Part shown: piece after piece, positions 50,730 through 58,901 of the stretch
How positions within the stretch are numbered: the stretch's first letter is position 1
How the letters are laid out: each line of letters begins with the position of its first letter
NCBI GenBank assembly: GCA_945865375.1
Contig: CAMBEJ010000001.1
Coordinates: 8,064-72,063, forward strand
Direction: 5' to 3'
Length of the DNA: 64,000 bases
Source of the DNA: Akkermansia muciniphila
Lineage (GTDB): Bacteria > Verrucomicrobiota > Verrucomicrobiia > Limisphaerales > F1-80-MAGS106
The notes under the pieces: model-generated
The model's input: only the letters and a program-made list of their open reading frames with translations
Databases searched by the model: none
What the model was told of the DNA's origin: nothing
Made by a program: the position numbers and the translations under genes

Positions 50730-51897
50730 ATGAAACAAACCAACGATCGATCGGTACAGAGGGTTTTCGTGGCCATTGGCATTGCCGCCGCGATTTTCGG
50801 CGGTGTGATGCTGTTCTCAAGGTTGCTGTTTTCAAAGAAGCCCAGCGAGACCCATGCCATCACGACCACAACCGCCCCCCCTTCGGTTGAGCGTCCAGAG
50901 CGGTCTTCGGAACGAGACCGCGTGGCGCGAGCTGAACTCACGCTTCGGGGTGCCGCCGCGAAGCTGAATTCCGCGCAATCCACCAAGAACGCCAGCGATT
51001 TGCTTCGCGAACTTCGTGCCACGCTTGGCAGTCTGAGTGCCGATGCCGCCTCTCAACTCGTGCAGCAGTTTTTGGCGGCGGGAACCGATGCCCGCACTTA
51101 TCTTCCGTTCGCGTTGGGTTCGGGGGGGGGCTTTGCAGGACGCGCCTTCTCTTCGGGTCTTTCTTCTGGATTATCTCGAACAGGTCGATCCCGCCGCCGC
51201 AGCCCGTGTGGGTTTGGAAGTGCTCAAACGGATGGACTCGTCTGACGAATGGGCACTGGCGCTGCGGAGCGTCGCCAAGTTCGACCCGTCAGCGCAGAGT
51301 CGCGCCCTCCTGGAAGAAAAAATGCGGCAGATATTTTCGCACGAACCCTGGCAGCAGAATCCGAGCTCGAGCTATCTCGAATCCTTCGATGTCGCCGTCC
51401 ATTTAGGCGGCAGCGATTTGCTCCCGGACCTCACAAGAATGCTGCGAATGACCAATAATCAGGCGGTCGCTCACGCCGCCTTTCTGGCAACCGACCGGCT
51501 GGTCCAGCGGGATCCGACTCCGGTGCTGGCCGCCTTGCTCACAGAGCCGGGAATGATGGAAGGCAGAGAAGCGACGCGGGCCAATTACTTTGCGCGAGCC
51601 GACGTGTCGAACACCGATCAGCGCCGATTGGTGCAAAACTACCTCCTGAACCCCAGGACGACCGAGTCCGAGCTGGACACATTCGCGGATTCGTTCCCGA
51701 ACGAGAACTCGATGCTAAGCAACAACCTCCTGACGAAAAGCGCGACACGCAGCGGATCCCAAATTCAAGCCCGGGATACCCAAACGTTGCGGATCATCAA
51801 TGCCTGGCTGCAAGATCCTCGTTTCAAAGGCGTCATTCCGCAGCTCAACACCATCCGCTCGCGCCTGGAATCTTTCCTGGCCAAACCCGCGCCGTAG
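50730..51897 (+). pseudogene. Membrane-anchored hypothetical protein with a frameshift in a G9 tract
   Basis: ORF 50730 (TM VFVAIGIAAAIFGGVMLF ... LPFALGSGG) and ORF 51037 (ALQDAPSLRVFLLDYLEQVDP...) fuse in frame if the G run at 51122-51130 were 8 rather than 9. Confidence 0.65.
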
Positions 51898-51953
51898 TGG
51901 CGATGACGGTTCATGGAAATGGAGAACCCCGCACAAAGGGACGCGAATTCATC

Positions 51954-52049
51954 GGTAACACCCGTGGATTACGATTAGGATTACGATTAGGAAAAATGGA
52001 GGAATTGGGGTTGCGCGTCCAGATCACGATTTCAAGGGATTTTACTGAG
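51954..52049. repeat. Solo arm of the hexamer-stem element, copy D
   Basis: ggtaacacccgtggattacgattaggattacgattaggaaaaatggaggaattggggttgcgcgtccagatcacgatttcaagggattttactgag matches one arm of copy B almost base for base. No complementary arm is present. Confidence 0.75.
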
Positions 52050-52327
52050 GTCCGAAGTGAAGAGAAGAGTGGTCAATGCAAGACAAAGACAAGTCCATCG
52101 CCCTTCCAGGGCCAGTGGCAATGGGGTTGGAATCCGGGGGCGGCACTCGCGAACTTATCTGCCCCCGGCTAAGTTTCTGTATCCCATTCGGGGTTCTCTA
52201 ATCCCAGAAACCTGGAGGTTCCATCGAAAACGGCGAACAACCAGTGGTTCCCGCGCGTGATGCAGTAGGGCTTAATCGAGGGACTCTCGTCTCTCAGGTT
52301 GGCTAGTGAATGTGCGGGGCGGGATCC

Positions 52328-52789
52328 TTACTTTTTCGCTGCCTCAGCCGGCAGGTTCTTGCACGACTGCCACGCGAGGAACCGCCACTTGCCCTTTTCC
52401 TCGCGCCACACGGCCAGATAGTTGAGATCGTTCTGGTGCTTGCTGCTCGCGTTGCGCGACTCGACGAGCACACGTCCGAGCATCAGCACGATTCCGGGAC
52501 CCGCAGGCCGAAACTCGCGCGTCTGATAGTCGTATTTTTCGTAGATCGTGCTGCGCGTGACAAGCGATTCCAAGTAGGACGCGTGGGTGTCGATCTTGCC
52601 GTTCGAATGCGCGTAGTGGAGATCAACCGAGTAGATCGCGTCGAGGCGCGCGCGATCACCGGACTTGGTGGCCGCGACTCGTTCGTCGTCGGCGGCGCGA
52701 ACCAAGGAGATGAGCTTTTCGTTCGCACCGCGGGCAGCGATGGTGAAGAAAGCGAGCAGCGGCAGGATGCGGAGCAGCGTTGTTTTCAT
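52328..52789 (-). CDS. Secreted NTF2-like (DUF4440/SnoaL-like) protein
   Basis: Signal peptide MKTTLLRILPLLAFFTIAARG. Size and pattern (...LDAIYSVDLHYAHSNGKIDT...WREEKGKWRFLAWQS) are typical of DUF4440. Confidence 0.6.
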   Translation of the reverse strand: MKTTLLRILPLLAFFTIAARGANEKLISLVRAADDERVAATKSGDRARLDAIYSVDLHYAHSNGKIDTHASYLESLVTRSTIYEKYDYQTREFRPAGPGIVLMLGRVLVESRNASSKHQNDLNYLAVWREEKGKWRFLAWQSCKNLPAEAAKK

Positions 52790-52845
52790 GGGACAATTTA
52801 TCTAGTTTGCCTGGATCGCTTCGGGGGTGCGTTGCCACTCAACGT

Positions 52846-54330
52846 TCATTTCTCCGCGATGCAGTAAAGGTACTCGTGCCCGCGCAGGAAGAGTTCTCTT
52901 CCCACGGCGGCAGGTGAGGCGTCGAACTTCTCGTCGAGCTTGTTTGTGGCGAGCACGTCGAACGTGCCGGCATTCTTCAACACGACGCTCGTGCCGTTGC
53001 GGCCCGCGAGATAAACCCTCCCGCTTGCGCCGATGGGCGAGGCATAGAATCCGGACGGGCCTTCCAGCCGTTGCTCGCTAATGAGCGGCTTGCCGGTCTT
53101 TGCTTCGAAGCTGGAGAGAATGGGGTTGTTGCCCGAGAAGAAATAAAGATTCTCGCCATAAAGCAGCGGCGAGGGCACGTAGGGCGTGCTCTTGCCATGC
53201 CGCCATGCTATGGCGTCTGTATCGGTAAGGTCGCCAGTTTTGCCGAGCTTGATGGCGAGGAGCGAATTGCCGCGAAAACCGCTGATGGCATAGACCATCC
53301 CGAAGTCGCTCACCGGGGAGGGAATGACATTCGCGGTCATGCCGCCGCATTCCCAGAGTTGCTTGCCGGTCGCGAGATCGTAGCTGCGGATGCGCTGGCT
53401 GGCGCAGATGACGACCTGCGGTTGACCCTCGTGCTGGACGATCAGCGGCGTGGTCCAAGTGGTCTTCTCATCGCGCGGATTCCGCCACAGTTCCTTGCCG
53501 GTCGTCTTGTCAAAAGCGGCGATGAAGTCCTCTCCTTCGTGGTCCCAGTTCACCACGAGGGTGTTGCCGTGGAGCGCGGGTGAGTTGCCTTCGCCAAATC
53601 CAGCCGCGCTCCGAATTTTACCGAGATCTTTCTCCCATTTCAATTCGCCCTTCAGGTTGTAGCAATGCAGCCCGCGCGAGCCGAACCAAGAGTAGATGTG
53701 CTGCCCGTCCGTCACCGGTGAGTGCGACGCGTATCCGTGATCACGATGATGCCCCTCGTGCGGCACCTCTTCGCGAACGGTTTTCTGCCAGTGCGTTTTG
53801 CCGGTCGCGCGGTCGATGGATAACAGCGCGAACTGCTGTACCTCCGTCGGCTTCTCGGCGCGGCCGCCGAAGCCACCACCGCCACCGCCACGGCGACGCT
53901 GCCCATCACCCGGAGGTGATGCCGGCGGGGTCTGGGTCTGGCCAAAAAAGTTGGGGGCTGATAGGGCACCGGACTTCTTCTCCTCGGCGGGTTGGTCTTT
54001 CTTGCCGGTGGCGATGGCGGTCTGGATGAATATTTGGTCTCCCCAGATTATCGGCGTGCCGGCGCCACTGCCCGGGATCTTCACCTTCCACCTCACGTTT
54101 TCGGTCTCGCTCCATATGATGGGCGGGTTGGCTTGAGGAGCGACACCATTGGCCAGAGGGCCGCGCCACTGCGGCCAATTCGCCACAGCGTCGCGCGATG
54201 CTCCAAACGCGGAACATGCGAAAGCGGAAGCAATCCCGGCGATCAAGCTGAATTTCCTGAGCCAACGCGGGACGCCTGAGACATCATGTCGCCATTCCGG
54301 GCGGAGAGGGGGGGAGGATGGAGTATCCAT
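52846..54330 (-). CDS. PQQ-like beta-propeller repeat protein (BamB-like fold)
   Basis: NWPQWRGP..., repeated G..W.. blades, and a poly-Gly linker. Start at MDTPSS (ATG); the ORF-track start at 54402 is TTG. Confidence 0.75.
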   Translation of the reverse strand: MDTPSSPPLRPEWRHDVSGVPRWLRKFSLIAGIASAFACSAFGASRDAVANWPQWRGPLANGVAPQANPPIIWSETENVRWKVKIPGSGAGTPIIWGDQIFIQTAIATGKKDQPAEEKKSGALSAPNFFGQTQTPPASPPGDGQRRRGGGGGGFGGRAEKPTEVQQFALLSIDRATGKTHWQKTVREEVPHEGHHRDHGYASHSPVTDGQHIYSWFGSRGLHCYNLKGELKWEKDLGKIRSAAGFGEGNSPALHGNTLVVNWDHEGEDFIAAFDKTTGKELWRNPRDEKTTWTTPLIVQHEGQPQVVICASQRIRSYDLATGKQLWECGGMTANVIPSPVSDFGMVYAISGFRGNSLLAIKLGKTGDLTDTDAIAWRHGKSTPYVPSPLLYGENLYFFSGNNPILSSFEAKTGKPLISEQRLEGPSGFYASPIGASGRVYLAGRNGTSVVLKNAGTFDVLATNKLDEKFDASPAAVGRELFLRGHEYLYCIAEK

Positions 54331-54410
54331 GGTTTTATCGATGCTTTGAGTTCTGAATGACGTGGGATGTGACAGCCGCGGCGGCGGTGTGGTTACACGC
54401 AATCTCCGAT

Positions 54411-55565
54411 TTAACCTATCACACGGCGGTAAAGATCTTCGTAGCGCGGCACGATGGCCTCAGCGGAAAACCGCTCGCGCGCTCGGTGCTGTGCCGCGCG
54501 GCCTAGCGCCTCCCTCTTTGACGTGTCATGAACCAAGCCTTCAACGGCGCGGGCAAACGCGTCGGCATCGCCAAAAGGCACGAGCAGTCCGCTCACGCCC
54601 TCTTCGATGACTTCTGGAATTCCGCCCACCCGCATGGCGACACTGGGGCAAGCGAAACACATCGCTTCCAGAATGCTCAGGCAAAAACTTTCTGTTTCCG
54701 ATGTGAACAATCCTAGGTCAGCGGCTTGAAGATAGTCTTCGATGTCGCTGACCTTCTCGCGCACGATCACCCTTTCCTCGAGGCCCAGGCGGCGCACTTG
54801 ATCGACGAATGGCGCGAAGCTGCCACCGGCGAGGATCACGAGCTTGAACGAGTCGGCGGGGCGGATGCGCGCGGCTGCTTCGAGCAACAGATCAATCCGC
54901 TTCAGGGGACGAAGGTTGGAGGAATGAAGCAAGAGCGCCTCGCGGTCGTTCAATCCCAGTTCGCGGCGCACTGCCTCACGCGAACGTTGCGGGGGGTGGG
55001 GATGAAAGAAATTGTGGATCACCTCAATCGGCCCTCTGAAGTCCAGCAACCGATGGCTCTCCTGTTGAAGAAAAGAGGACACCGCAGTGACCGCATCGGA
55101 GCAGTGGAGTGCGTGCCGAATGGCCGGGCCGTAGCCCGCATCACGTCCGAGCAGCGTGGTATCCGTGCCGTGCAAAGTGGTGACGACACGCGGTTGTTGC
55201 GCTGCTGGGAGCATCGAGCGGGCGAGGATCGCGGCCGTGGCGTGAGGCACGGCGTAGTGGACGTGCAGCACGTCCAGTTGGTGGTCGCGGCTGACTTCCG
55301 CCATTTTTACCGAGAGCGGCAGCGTGTAATCGGGATATTTGAACAGGTCATAGTCGTTGATCACCACGGTATGGAAATGCAGTCGCGCCGCGTTCAGCGG
55401 CAAACGGAACGGTCGTTCATAGCTGATGAAATGCACTTCATGCCCACGGCCCGCCAGCTCTTCGCCGAGGGCGGAGGCAAGAACCCCGCTCCCGCCCACG
55501 GTCGGGTAGCAGGTGATGCCTATCTTGAGTGGGCGCTGAGTGATCAAGTCAGAAGCGGCGCGCAC
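54411..55565 (-). CDS. bshA: N-acetyl-alpha-D-glucosaminyl L-malate synthase (GT4)
   Basis: LKIGITCYPTVGGSGVLASALGEELAGRGHEVHFI is the characteristic BshA N-terminus, with the GT4 EX7E region (SETESFCLSILEAMCFACP). GTG start; a TTG at 55547 is an alternative. Confidence 0.8.
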   Translation of the reverse strand: MRAASDLITQRPLKIGITCYPTVGGSGVLASALGEELAGRGHEVHFISYERPFRLPLNAARLHFHTVVINDYDLFKYPDYTLPLSVKMAEVSRDHQLDVLHVHYAVPHATAAILARSMLPAAQQPRVVTTLHGTDTTLLGRDAGYGPAIRHALHCSDAVTAVSSFLQQESHRLLDFRGPIEVIHNFFHPHPPQRSREAVRRELGLNDREALLLHSSNLRPLKRIDLLLEAAARIRPADSFKLVILAGGSFAPFVDQVRRLGLEERVIVREKVSDIEDYLQAADLGLFTSETESFCLSILEAMCFACPSVAMRVGGIPEVIEEGVSGLLVPFGDADAFARAVEGLVHDTSKREALGRAAQHRARERFSAEAIVPRYEDLYRRVIG

Positions 55566-56286
55566 TCCGGCCGAGCTGCGCCAGCGAGTCGAGCACGGGC
55601 GGATCGTTCGGGAACAAGGCGATGGCGTGTCCGATGCCGGCTCGCTGTCCAGCCAGTCGCGCTCGAGTGAGTTGCAAATCGACGTAATTTCGGGCGGTAG
55701 TCTGGGACGCGTGCGCCTCCATCGCGGCGGTCCAGGCCGCGACCACTTCCGGCGCGGATATGTCCAGGAGCAGGGGCGTGATGTCGGACGGCTCGGATTC
55801 GGGCGTCAAAGCGTAGAAAAGGAGTTGTGCGATGCTGTGCGGGGGCAGCCCGAGCAACTCCTCCACACCGCCGTAACGGGCCAGTCGGGAGGCATCCCGG
55901 ACTAGCCGTCCGAGCCGCGCATGATCCGGGTGTTGGTTCTCCACAAGGCTCGGCGCGAGGACGATGCCTGGACGCACCCGACGGATGAGGCCCGCCAATT
56001 TGATTGCGTGGGCGGCCCGGATTTCAAGATGAGCATCCCCGTCGAGTTCAATCCATTCCAGGGTGGCACCCAGCAACGAGGCGGCATTCACCGCCTCCAC
56101 ACGGCGTTCCTCTGGAGTGCCACTGGTCGCCGATTCGCCGCGCGAGCACACGATGAAATGGACCGGGCGCCCGAGACGAGTTTCTTTCGCGACGACGCCA
56201 CCACAGGCGAATTCGATGTCGTCGGGATGCGCGCCGAACGCGAGCAGTGGCGCGAGGTCAGTTTGGGTGTTGTGTGTAGGCTTCAT
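55549..56286 (-). CDS. bshB: PIG-L family deacetylase, BshB1-like
   Basis: LLAFGAHPDDIEFACGGVVAKE ... HPDH zinc-site pattern. Position between the bshC-like gene and bshA. Confidence 0.72.
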   Translation of the reverse strand: MKPTHNTQTDLAPLLAFGAHPDDIEFACGGVVAKETRLGRPVHFIVCSRGESATSGTPEERRVEAVNAASLLGATLEWIELDGDAHLEIRAAHAIKLAGLIRRVRPGIVLAPSLVENQHPDHARLGRLVRDASRLARYGGVEELLGLPPHSIAQLLFYALTPESEPSDITPLLLDISAPEVVAAWTAAMEAHASQTTARNYVDLQLTRARLAGQRAGIGHAIALFPNDPPVLDSLAQLGRSARRF

Positions 56287-57034
56287 CGGGACGATCTATC
56301 GTGTCGCGGCAGACAAAAACGGTCTCGGGCGCTTCCTCCTGGCGCAGGTAGGCTTGTTCCCCGGCACCAGCAATGTAGTGGGTGCAATGCAGGACCGATT
56401 GCATCCAGCGAAGACGTGTGTCGCGGGTCGGGGTGATCTGTTCCTTGGTGAAAATTGTGGCGGGCAAAGTCACGAAAGAGTCGCCACCCTCGTGAAGCCG
56501 CAGGGTGCCGGCCTCATGCCGGGCGCGAACGATCTCACCTTCGTAAAGCACGTCCACGAAAAACTCCGACACAGCGCAGGCGGCACGGCGCAAGGTTGGA
56601 TCGCCGGAGCGAGCGATGCGAATTCCATCCAGCAGCCCCATGCGGCGATACATCTCCAGACAGAAATCAGCCACGGTGCCTGCAACGGTGTTCTGAAAGA
56701 GTTCTATCAAGCGGTCCTCCACGTAGTTGGGCAGTTGCAGCGCCGTCCGGATCGGCCAGTCCGCTATGATCCGTTTCAGGAACAGCGGAGAGAACTTGCG
56801 CTGCAGCTTGTTTTCCACGGCGAAATTGAGCTGCGCCACTTCATTCGTTTTTCGGTGCCGCAGGCTCGTTCGCGTTTCGCGCGGATCGTGATCGCTGTCG
56901 TGGTAGAAGAAAACGATCTCGCCGCCCAGCTCGCGTTGGAGCCGCCGGGCGGTTTGGATTTTTGCAAACAAATAGCGGCGCGGAAAAAATCCGCAAGGTT
57001 GCTGACCAAAGCCGATGAGAGGCGCGGAGTTCAT
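56258..57034 (-). CDS. Half-size BshC-like protein (258 aa)
   Basis: GFGQQPCGFFPRRYLFAKIQTARRLQRELGGEIVFFYHDSDHDPRE parallels the BshC GGQQ..L..GPLY...K......LA...+...DHD motif. ITPTRDTRLRWMQSVLHCTHYIAGAGEQAYL parallels the BshC RP..Q...LP...Y.AGPGE..YW motif. The C-terminal half of canonical BshC is missing. Confidence 0.55.
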   Translation of the reverse strand: MNSAPLIGFGQQPCGFFPRRYLFAKIQTARRLQRELGGEIVFFYHDSDHDPRETRTSLRHRKTNEVAQLNFAVENKLQRKFSPLFLKRIIADWPIRTALQLPNYVEDRLIELFQNTVAGTVADFCLEMYRRMGLLDGIRIARSGDPTLRRAACAVSEFFVDVLYEGEIVRARHEAGTLRLHEGGDSFVTLPATIFTKEQITPTRDTRLRWMQSVLHCTHYIAGAGEQAYLRQEEAPETVFVCRDTIDRPDEAYTQHPN

Positions 57035-58755
57035 TGAACCCCTTCCGTGTTCGGCCTTGGCCCTTTCGTCCCGATCACCGCCTGCAGCAAAAGACTGAAT
57101 ATCACACAGGCCGCGCAGCCGATTGGATTGAGCCAGAGATAGCCGATTTCATGGGTTGGGTAAGCCTTGCCGACAAAAAAGAGCCCCAGAACCAGAGCTT
57201 GGGCCGCCACTGCAGCCCAGAAAACCGCTGAGCCGCCCACCCTCTTCAGGAAGAACGCCACCACGAAGACACCCAGCAGCGCCGGATAAAAAATAGAGGC
57301 CACGATATTCAGCGCCTCGATCAAGTTCTCCGCGAAGCTGACGAAGAGCGCGAAACCGATGGCGAAGAATCCCCACAGAGCCGTGAAGCATTTCGCATTG
57401 CGGACATTGCGCGCCTCGTCATGCGCCGCGAGCGGCCGGAAGTGCCGCCACAGATCGATCGTGCTCGTGGTTCCCAAGGCGTTCAATTCGCCGGCCTTGG
57501 AGGAAAGTGCGGACGCAAACATCACGGCGATCAAAAGCCCGATCACCCCATGCGGCAGTTGGGTCAGGATGAACGTGATAAAAACATAGTCCGAATCCTT
57601 GACCTTCGCCTTTGGATCAGCAGATCGCAACGCGTCGCGCGCCTGCTGCCGGACCGCCTCCGAAGCCTTTTGCGCCTCCAACATGACCTTTCGCGCGGCG
57701 ATTTCCGCGGTAGATTCGCCGCGACCGCGCGCGGCCACCCAGACACGGATCTTGTCCAGTTTGTCAGCGTGCAAGGTGGCGTGCTTCTCCTCAATCGCGC
57801 GAAAGGTCGCGGCCTGAGGGCCTTGCGCGTGGCGTTGCCACTCTGTCCGGTTGAAAAACACCGGCGTGTTCGGTTGAAACTGATAAAAGACAAACAGCAG
57901 GGCACCGAGCATCACGATGCAGAATTGCATGGGAATCTTGAACAACGCATTGAACATCAGCCCCAACCGGCCTTCGCGCAGAGCGGCGCCGCCGATGTAG
58001 CGTTGCACCTGGGACTGATCTGTGCCGAAATAGGAGAGAGACAAGAACAGCCCGCCCAGCAGTCCGCTCAAGAACGTATAGCGCCGCTTGAAATCCGGGG
58101 TGAAGTCCACTGCCTGCAGCTTGCCCATCGCGCCGGCGATAGGCAGGGCGTCGCCCGGAAGTTTCGACAGCAGCACGAGGAACGCCGTGAGCATGCCGCC
58201 AAAAATCACCGCCATCTGCCATCGCTGCGTCAGGTTCACCGCCGCGCTGCCGCCCGTGACGGTGTAGACAATCACCAGCAGGCCGGTGAAAATGATCGTC
58301 AGGTCGAGCCGCCAGCCAAGCACCGTCGAGAGGATGATGGCCGGCGCATAAATTGTGATACCCGCTTGCAAGCCGCGTTGCAGGAGGAAGAGAGCCGCGC
58401 CGAGAAGCCGTGTTTTCGCGTCAAAACGCTGCCCCAGATATTCGTAGGCCGTGTACACCCCGAGCTTGCGATAAATTGGCAGGAACGCGGCGCACACAAT
58501 GATCAACGCGAGCGGCAACCCGAAATAGTTTTGGATGAACGCGATCCCGTTCTCGTAGGCCTGGCCGGGCAGCGAGAGATAGGTGATCGTGCTCGCCTGC
58601 GTGGCCATGACCGACAGGCCGATGGTCACCCATCCGGTGTTGTGGTTGCCCTTGAGGTAGGTGTTGAGATTGTCGGTGTGCCGGGTCCGCCATGTTCCAT
58701 ACGCGGCGATGCCGAGCATGGTGCCCAGCAACACAACCCAATCCGTGGGGTTCAT
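57031..58755 (-). CDS. Sodium:solute symporter (SSS) family transporter
   Basis: YLKGNHNTGWVTIGLSVMATQASTITYLSLPGQAYENG, 13 or more TM segments, and a long charged cytoplasmic insert. Start at MNPTDW, whose ATG overlaps the stop of the 49-aa ORF. Confidence 0.85.
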   Translation of the reverse strand: MNPTDWVVLLGTMLGIAAYGTWRTRHTDNLNTYLKGNHNTGWVTIGLSVMATQASTITYLSLPGQAYENGIAFIQNYFGLPLALIIVCAAFLPIYRKLGVYTAYEYLGQRFDAKTRLLGAALFLLQRGLQAGITIYAPAIILSTVLGWRLDLTIIFTGLLVIVYTVTGGSAAVNLTQRWQMAVIFGGMLTAFLVLLSKLPGDALPIAGAMGKLQAVDFTPDFKRRYTFLSGLLGGLFLSLSYFGTDQSQVQRYIGGAALREGRLGLMFNALFKIPMQFCIVMLGALLFVFYQFQPNTPVFFNRTEWQRHAQGPQAATFRAIEEKHATLHADKLDKIRVWVAARGRGESTAEIAARKVMLEAQKASEAVRQQARDALRSADPKAKVKDSDYVFITFILTQLPHGVIGLLIAVMFASALSSKAGELNALGTTSTIDLWRHFRPLAAHDEARNVRNAKCFTALWGFFAIGFALFVSFAENLIEALNIVASIFYPALLGVFVVAFFLKRVGGSAVFWAAVAAQALVLGLFFVGKAYPTHEIGYLWLNPIGCAACVIFSLLLQAVIGTKGPRPNTEGVQ

Positions 58756-58901
58756 GCGAACACCCGCGAGAAAATTGCGAGCAGGACCACTACGAGCACG
58801 AAGAATCCGAACACGAAGAGGTAAACGCCGCGCCAAGTGCGGAAGCCGGGCACGCCGGGCGACTCATCGCCGGTCGAATGATCGGGCGGAGAAGGCTTCA
58901 T
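58752..58901 (-). CDS. Small membrane protein (49 aa), not in the ORF track
   Basis: MKPSPPDHSTGDESPGVPGFRTWRGVYLFVFGFFVLVVVLLAIFSRVFA has one TM helix. ATGA overlaps occur at both ends (58898-58901 and 58752-58755), which argues for translation. Confidence 0.6.
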   Translation of the reverse strand: MKPSPPDHSTGDESPGVPGFRTWRGVYLFVFGFFVLVVVLLAIFSRVFA

